Made by a program: the position numbers and the translations under genes. A stretch of DNA of 64,000 nt from NCBI GenBank assembly GCA_028872875.1, contig JAGWOC010000009.1:1806-65805 (forward strand), given 5' to 3'. Source of the stretch: Chloroflexota bacterium. Its GTDB lineage: Bacteria; Chloroflexota; Dehalococcoidia; DSTF01; JACRBR01. The notes under the pieces are model-generated. The model searched no databases and was not told the DNA's origin. It was given only the letters and a program-made list of their open reading frames with translations. Below are positions 61,365 through 64,000 of the stretch, in pieces. How positions within the stretch are numbered: the first letter of the stretch is position 1; each line of letters begins with the position of its first letter.

Positions 61365-62435
61365 CTAGAAGTGATACTTCTCGGAGAGGTTGTACGCGGC
61401 GCCGCCGTAGAGCACGCTCAGCGTGCCGTCGTCCTCGTGCCGGAAGTCGAAGCAGCCCGCGGTGCCGCGCGTGCCGAGCAGCGACGCGGCGAGCGCGAGC
61501 GACAGGTTCGAGTCAAGGAAGACCTCCGCCGACTCGACGTGCGGGTCGAACTTCTTCCAACTAATCCCTTCCGAGATCGTCGAGCCGGAGAGCCCGCCGG
61601 TCTCCGCCGGCTCGATACTGAAGCGCACGGCTTCCGCGTGGCCCTTGCTCTTGGCGGCGAACATGTACGAGCCGATCTGCGACTGCTGGATGTGATTGCG
61701 CGGAGCGCCACCCCCGAAGATCGCGGTGGCCGTGCGCAGCCCGAGCTCCTCGGCGAGGAGGACGATGGCTGACATCTCCAGCACGTCCTGCACGACGTCG
61801 AAGACGACGCGCTTGCCACGCGCCGCGCGCAAGAACCCGAGGTCCATGCCCAGCACGGAGTCGCCGATCGCCGGGCAGTACACCGGGATGCGATGCGCGG
61901 CGGCGGCGGTGAGGATCCCGGCCCGCGGTCCGATTTTCGAGAAGAACAGCCCCATCCGGTAGATGTACTCGCGCGTCGTCAGCGGTCGATCAGGCAGGGC
62001 CTCCGCGAACTCGAAGATCATCGGCTCCACGCGCCGGTAGTCGGCCTCATCGCCGAACGTGTCCCAGAAGCGGTTCACATCGGCGCGCGCCAGCGCCCGG
62101 TCGTCGGCGTCGACGCGGCCCTGGAAGTGGCTACTGCCGATCACCTCGAGCAGGTCGTGTGTCAGTTGCGCGCCGGTGATGTCGAGCACGTCGATCCGCC
62201 GCTGGTCCACGAGCGAAGCGATCGCCGGCCCGAAACCGAGCGGCACCGGCGCGCCGGCCACGGAACAGAAGATGACGCGGCCGCGGTCGATCATGCGGTC
62301 CCAGAGGGCCAGCGCCTCGGCGAGGCGGCGTGGCTGTCCGCCGGTACCCGCGAGGGCCTCGATGAACGAGCGGAGCGACGCGCCGGCGTCAGGCTCGAAG
62401 CGCGTGACGGGGTGGACGAGGAACTCGCTGCTCAT
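61365..62435 (-). CDS. Deoxyhypusine synthase-like protein (DHS / homospermidine synthase family)
   Basis: DHS-like fold landmarks (GFGPAIASLVDQRRIDVLDITGAQ, FGGGAPRNH, KFDPHVESAEV). Confidence 0.8.
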   Translation of the reverse strand: MSSEFLVHPVTRFEPDAGASLRSFIEALAGTGGQPRRLAEALALWDRMIDRGRVIFCSVAGAPVPLGFGPAIASLVDQRRIDVLDITGAQLTHDLLEVIGSSHFQGRVDADDRALARADVNRFWDTFGDEADYRRVEPMIFEFAEALPDRPLTTREYIYRMGLFFSKIGPRAGILTAAAAHRIPVYCPAIGDSVLGMDLGFLRAARGKRVVFDVVQDVLEMSAIVLLAEELGLRTATAIFGGGAPRNHIQQSQIGSYMFAAKSKGHAEAVRFSIEPAETGGLSGSTISEGISWKKFDPHVESAEVFLDSNLSLALAASLLGTRGTAGCFDFRHEDDGTLSVLYGGAAYNLSEKYHF

Positions 62436-62565
62436 CGGCGGTCCTTTCGCGCTGCGACGGGGGACGCCTGATTATCAGGAAGCCGGGAGGTTCGGGCAAA
62501 CGGACGTCCGCGCGGGCGCACGGTGCGGCTCTCCGCCCGATGGCCGTGCGGGCGGCGCCGGGTCG

Positions 62566-63252
62566 CTACCGCGACGCCGCCGCGGTCTTGCGGAGCAGGA
62601 AGGCGTCCGCGTCGTAGCCACGCAGGTCGCTGAAGTCCTTCACCACAATATCCGGCGCGTAGTCCACCGCGTGCTTCGGGTCCAGCGCGTACTTCCCCTG
62701 CAGCACGTGCACCGTCGTCAGGCGGTCGCCGAGCGCAGCCTTCGAACGCATGAGGATGCCGGGTTTGTCGTCGATGAGGACGAAGTGCCCGGCGTTGAAG
62801 TACGTCTCCACCGCGGGCAGGTGCTTCTCCTTGTGCACGAAGATCAGCACGCGTCCGTCAACGGCCGCCGTCACGCCGGCCTGCACGATCTTGCCGGGCT
62901 GGAAGATCGGGTCACCGTCGGAGACGATCACCGGCACCCCCAGCGACTTCAGATGCGCGATGGTGTCGATCGCGTGCGGATAGAGCCGTGGGCGGAAGTC
63001 CCAGTCCATGAGAGCGGCGGTGGCGCGGTCCACGACGTCGCGCGCCTCCGGGTGCTCGTCGCGGAGACGGCGCATGTTCTCGATGAAGTCCACGACGTCC
63101 GTGTCTTTGCGGACGATCTCGTACAGCTCCCAGAAGCGCGCCGCGAGCGTGGGGCCCAGGATGCCGAGCATCGCCCGTTCCAGGTCGGCCTTCACGCCGT
63201 CGTTGTCGAGGATGGTGTTGTCGACGTCGATCATGAATACGAGCTGGCGCAT
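62566..63252 (-). CDS. HAD-superfamily hydrolase
   Basis: Motif I FMIDVDNTILD (DxDxT), motif IV-like SDGDPIFQ. Confidence 0.75.
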   Translation of the reverse strand: MRQLVFMIDVDNTILDNDGVKADLERAMLGILGPTLAARFWELYEIVRKDTDVVDFIENMRRLRDEHPEARDVVDRATAALMDWDFRPRLYPHAIDTIAHLKSLGVPVIVSDGDPIFQPGKIVQAGVTAAVDGRVLIFVHKEKHLPAVETYFNAGHFVLIDDKPGILMRSKAALGDRLTTVHVLQGKYALDPKHAVDYAPDIVVKDFSDLRGYDADAFLLRKTAAASR

Positions 63253-63487
63253 GTGATCTCCCTCGCACCCGGAATGGCCGCCGGGGCGGCTGTGTGTGCT
63301 CCTATCAATATAATGCGCCACGCCGCTACGGACATGCCAGCGCCTGTCAACTTGTCATCCGCCGCACGCCGAAGCGTCGGAGCGCGAGCAAGCGGGTCCG
63401 CGGCGCCTTCCCGCACAGTATCGCTCTCGCGGGCCGAAGGCGCAGCGTACGCTCGCTGAGGCTGCCTGCCGATACTTCATCGCTGGC

Positions 63488-64000
63488 ATGACCGACCAAT
63501 CATCGCGCCATCCCGGACGGCCGGGCACCCTCGTCATCGTGGCGCTTGCCATGCTGATCGTGGGTGCCGGGTTCGAGACGACGGCCGTCGCCGCCGCGCT
63601 CGGCCGTGGCAACAGCGTGGGCGACTGGATCTCGTTCTACGCCGCCGGCACGATCGTGCGCCTGGGCGACGGCGCGCGCCTCTACGACCCCGCCATGCAG
63701 GCCGCCGTCCAGCACGGTGTTGTCAGCGGCGCCGGCCAGACGTTCAACGCGTTCCCGCTGCCGACGTTTGTCGCCATGGCCTTCGCGCCGCTCACTGCCG
63801 CCGGGTTCATGCGCAGCTTCGTGATCTGGGCACTACTCAACGCCGTCCTGCTCGGCGCGCTGCTGGCCGCGGCCTGGCGCTACCTCGCCGGCCTCACCGT
63901 GCCGGCGCGCGCAGCGTTCGTGGCGGCCGCCGCCGTCTCAACGCCGGTTGTGAACACGCTGCTGTTCGGGCAGTTCGACCTGTTCGTGCTCGCCGCCGTC
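63488..64000 (+). CDS. DUF2029 / GT87-like polyprenol-dependent glycosyltransferase family membrane protein (3' end outside window)
   Basis: Multi-TM N-terminus with DWISFYAAG...LYDP segment typical of DUF2029 mannosyltransferase-like proteins. Confidence 0.55.
   Translation, partial: MTDQSSRHPGRPGTLVIVALAMLIVGAGFETTAVAAALGRGNSVGDWISFYAAGTIVRLGDGARLYDPAMQAAVQHGVVSGAGQTFNAFPLPTFVAMAFAPLTAAGFMRSFVIWALLNAVLLGALLAAAWRYLAGLTVPARAAFVAAAAVSTPVVNTLLFGQFDLFVLAAV

Overview
High-GC (~68-70%) bacterial chromosomal window. Gene content (F420-type luciferase-like oxidoreductase, DinB_2, S14 type Z, split cytochrome b6/subunit IV, stand-alone NHEJ ligase and polymerase, vapBC) fits an Actinomycetota- or Chloroflexota-like aerobe; the exact lineage cannot be told from sequence alone. 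Layout: a tandem GNAT duplication with one frameshifted copy (1-850); thiE, an EamA transporter, nagB and an F420-type LLM oxidoreductase (879-4456); a secreted Thr/Ala-rich protein with an acidic His-rich tail (4535-5089); an orphan translationally coupled TadE / TadG-vWA / TadE trio (5576-7802); convergent ATP-dependent DNA ligase and LigD-type polymerase NHEJ genes (7840-10169); a b6-type cytochrome bc operon (cyt b6, an extended subunit IV, Rieske, a membrane-anchored cytochrome c fused to a cupredoxin domain) followed by two unannotated tandem desulforedoxin-like mini-ORFs (10185-14767); an amidohydrolase; a probable T-box leader in front of ilvB-ilvN-ilvC-leuA-[vapB-vapC]-leuC-leuD (16400-25063); htrA, an acyl-CoA dehydrogenase, DinB, rfbB/rfbA, an SDR, a DUF4177 / acidic membrane protein / diiron protein trio, and an ACT-malic enzyme; then the complete str-S10-spc-alpha ribosomal superoperon (rpsL to rpsI, 36467-56951, lacking tuf and including small rpmD and rpmJ genes absent from the ORF track); rpsT with a Lys/Ala/Pro-rich tail, murJ, a four-CxxC zinc-ribbon protein, nhaA, a deoxyhypusine synthase-like protein, a HAD hydrolase and the start of a DUF2029/GT87-like membrane protein. 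No rRNA or tRNA genes, CRISPR arrays, transposases or integrases were found. Most long minus-strand ORFs in the track are antisense artefacts of the high GC content. The most unusual content is the respiratory module (extended subunit IV, cytochrome c-cupredoxin fusion, tandem desulforedoxin-like peptides, possible upstream mini TM peptide), the orphan Tad/vWA trio next to NHEJ genes, vapBC inserted in the leu operon, and the frameshifted GNAT duplicate.
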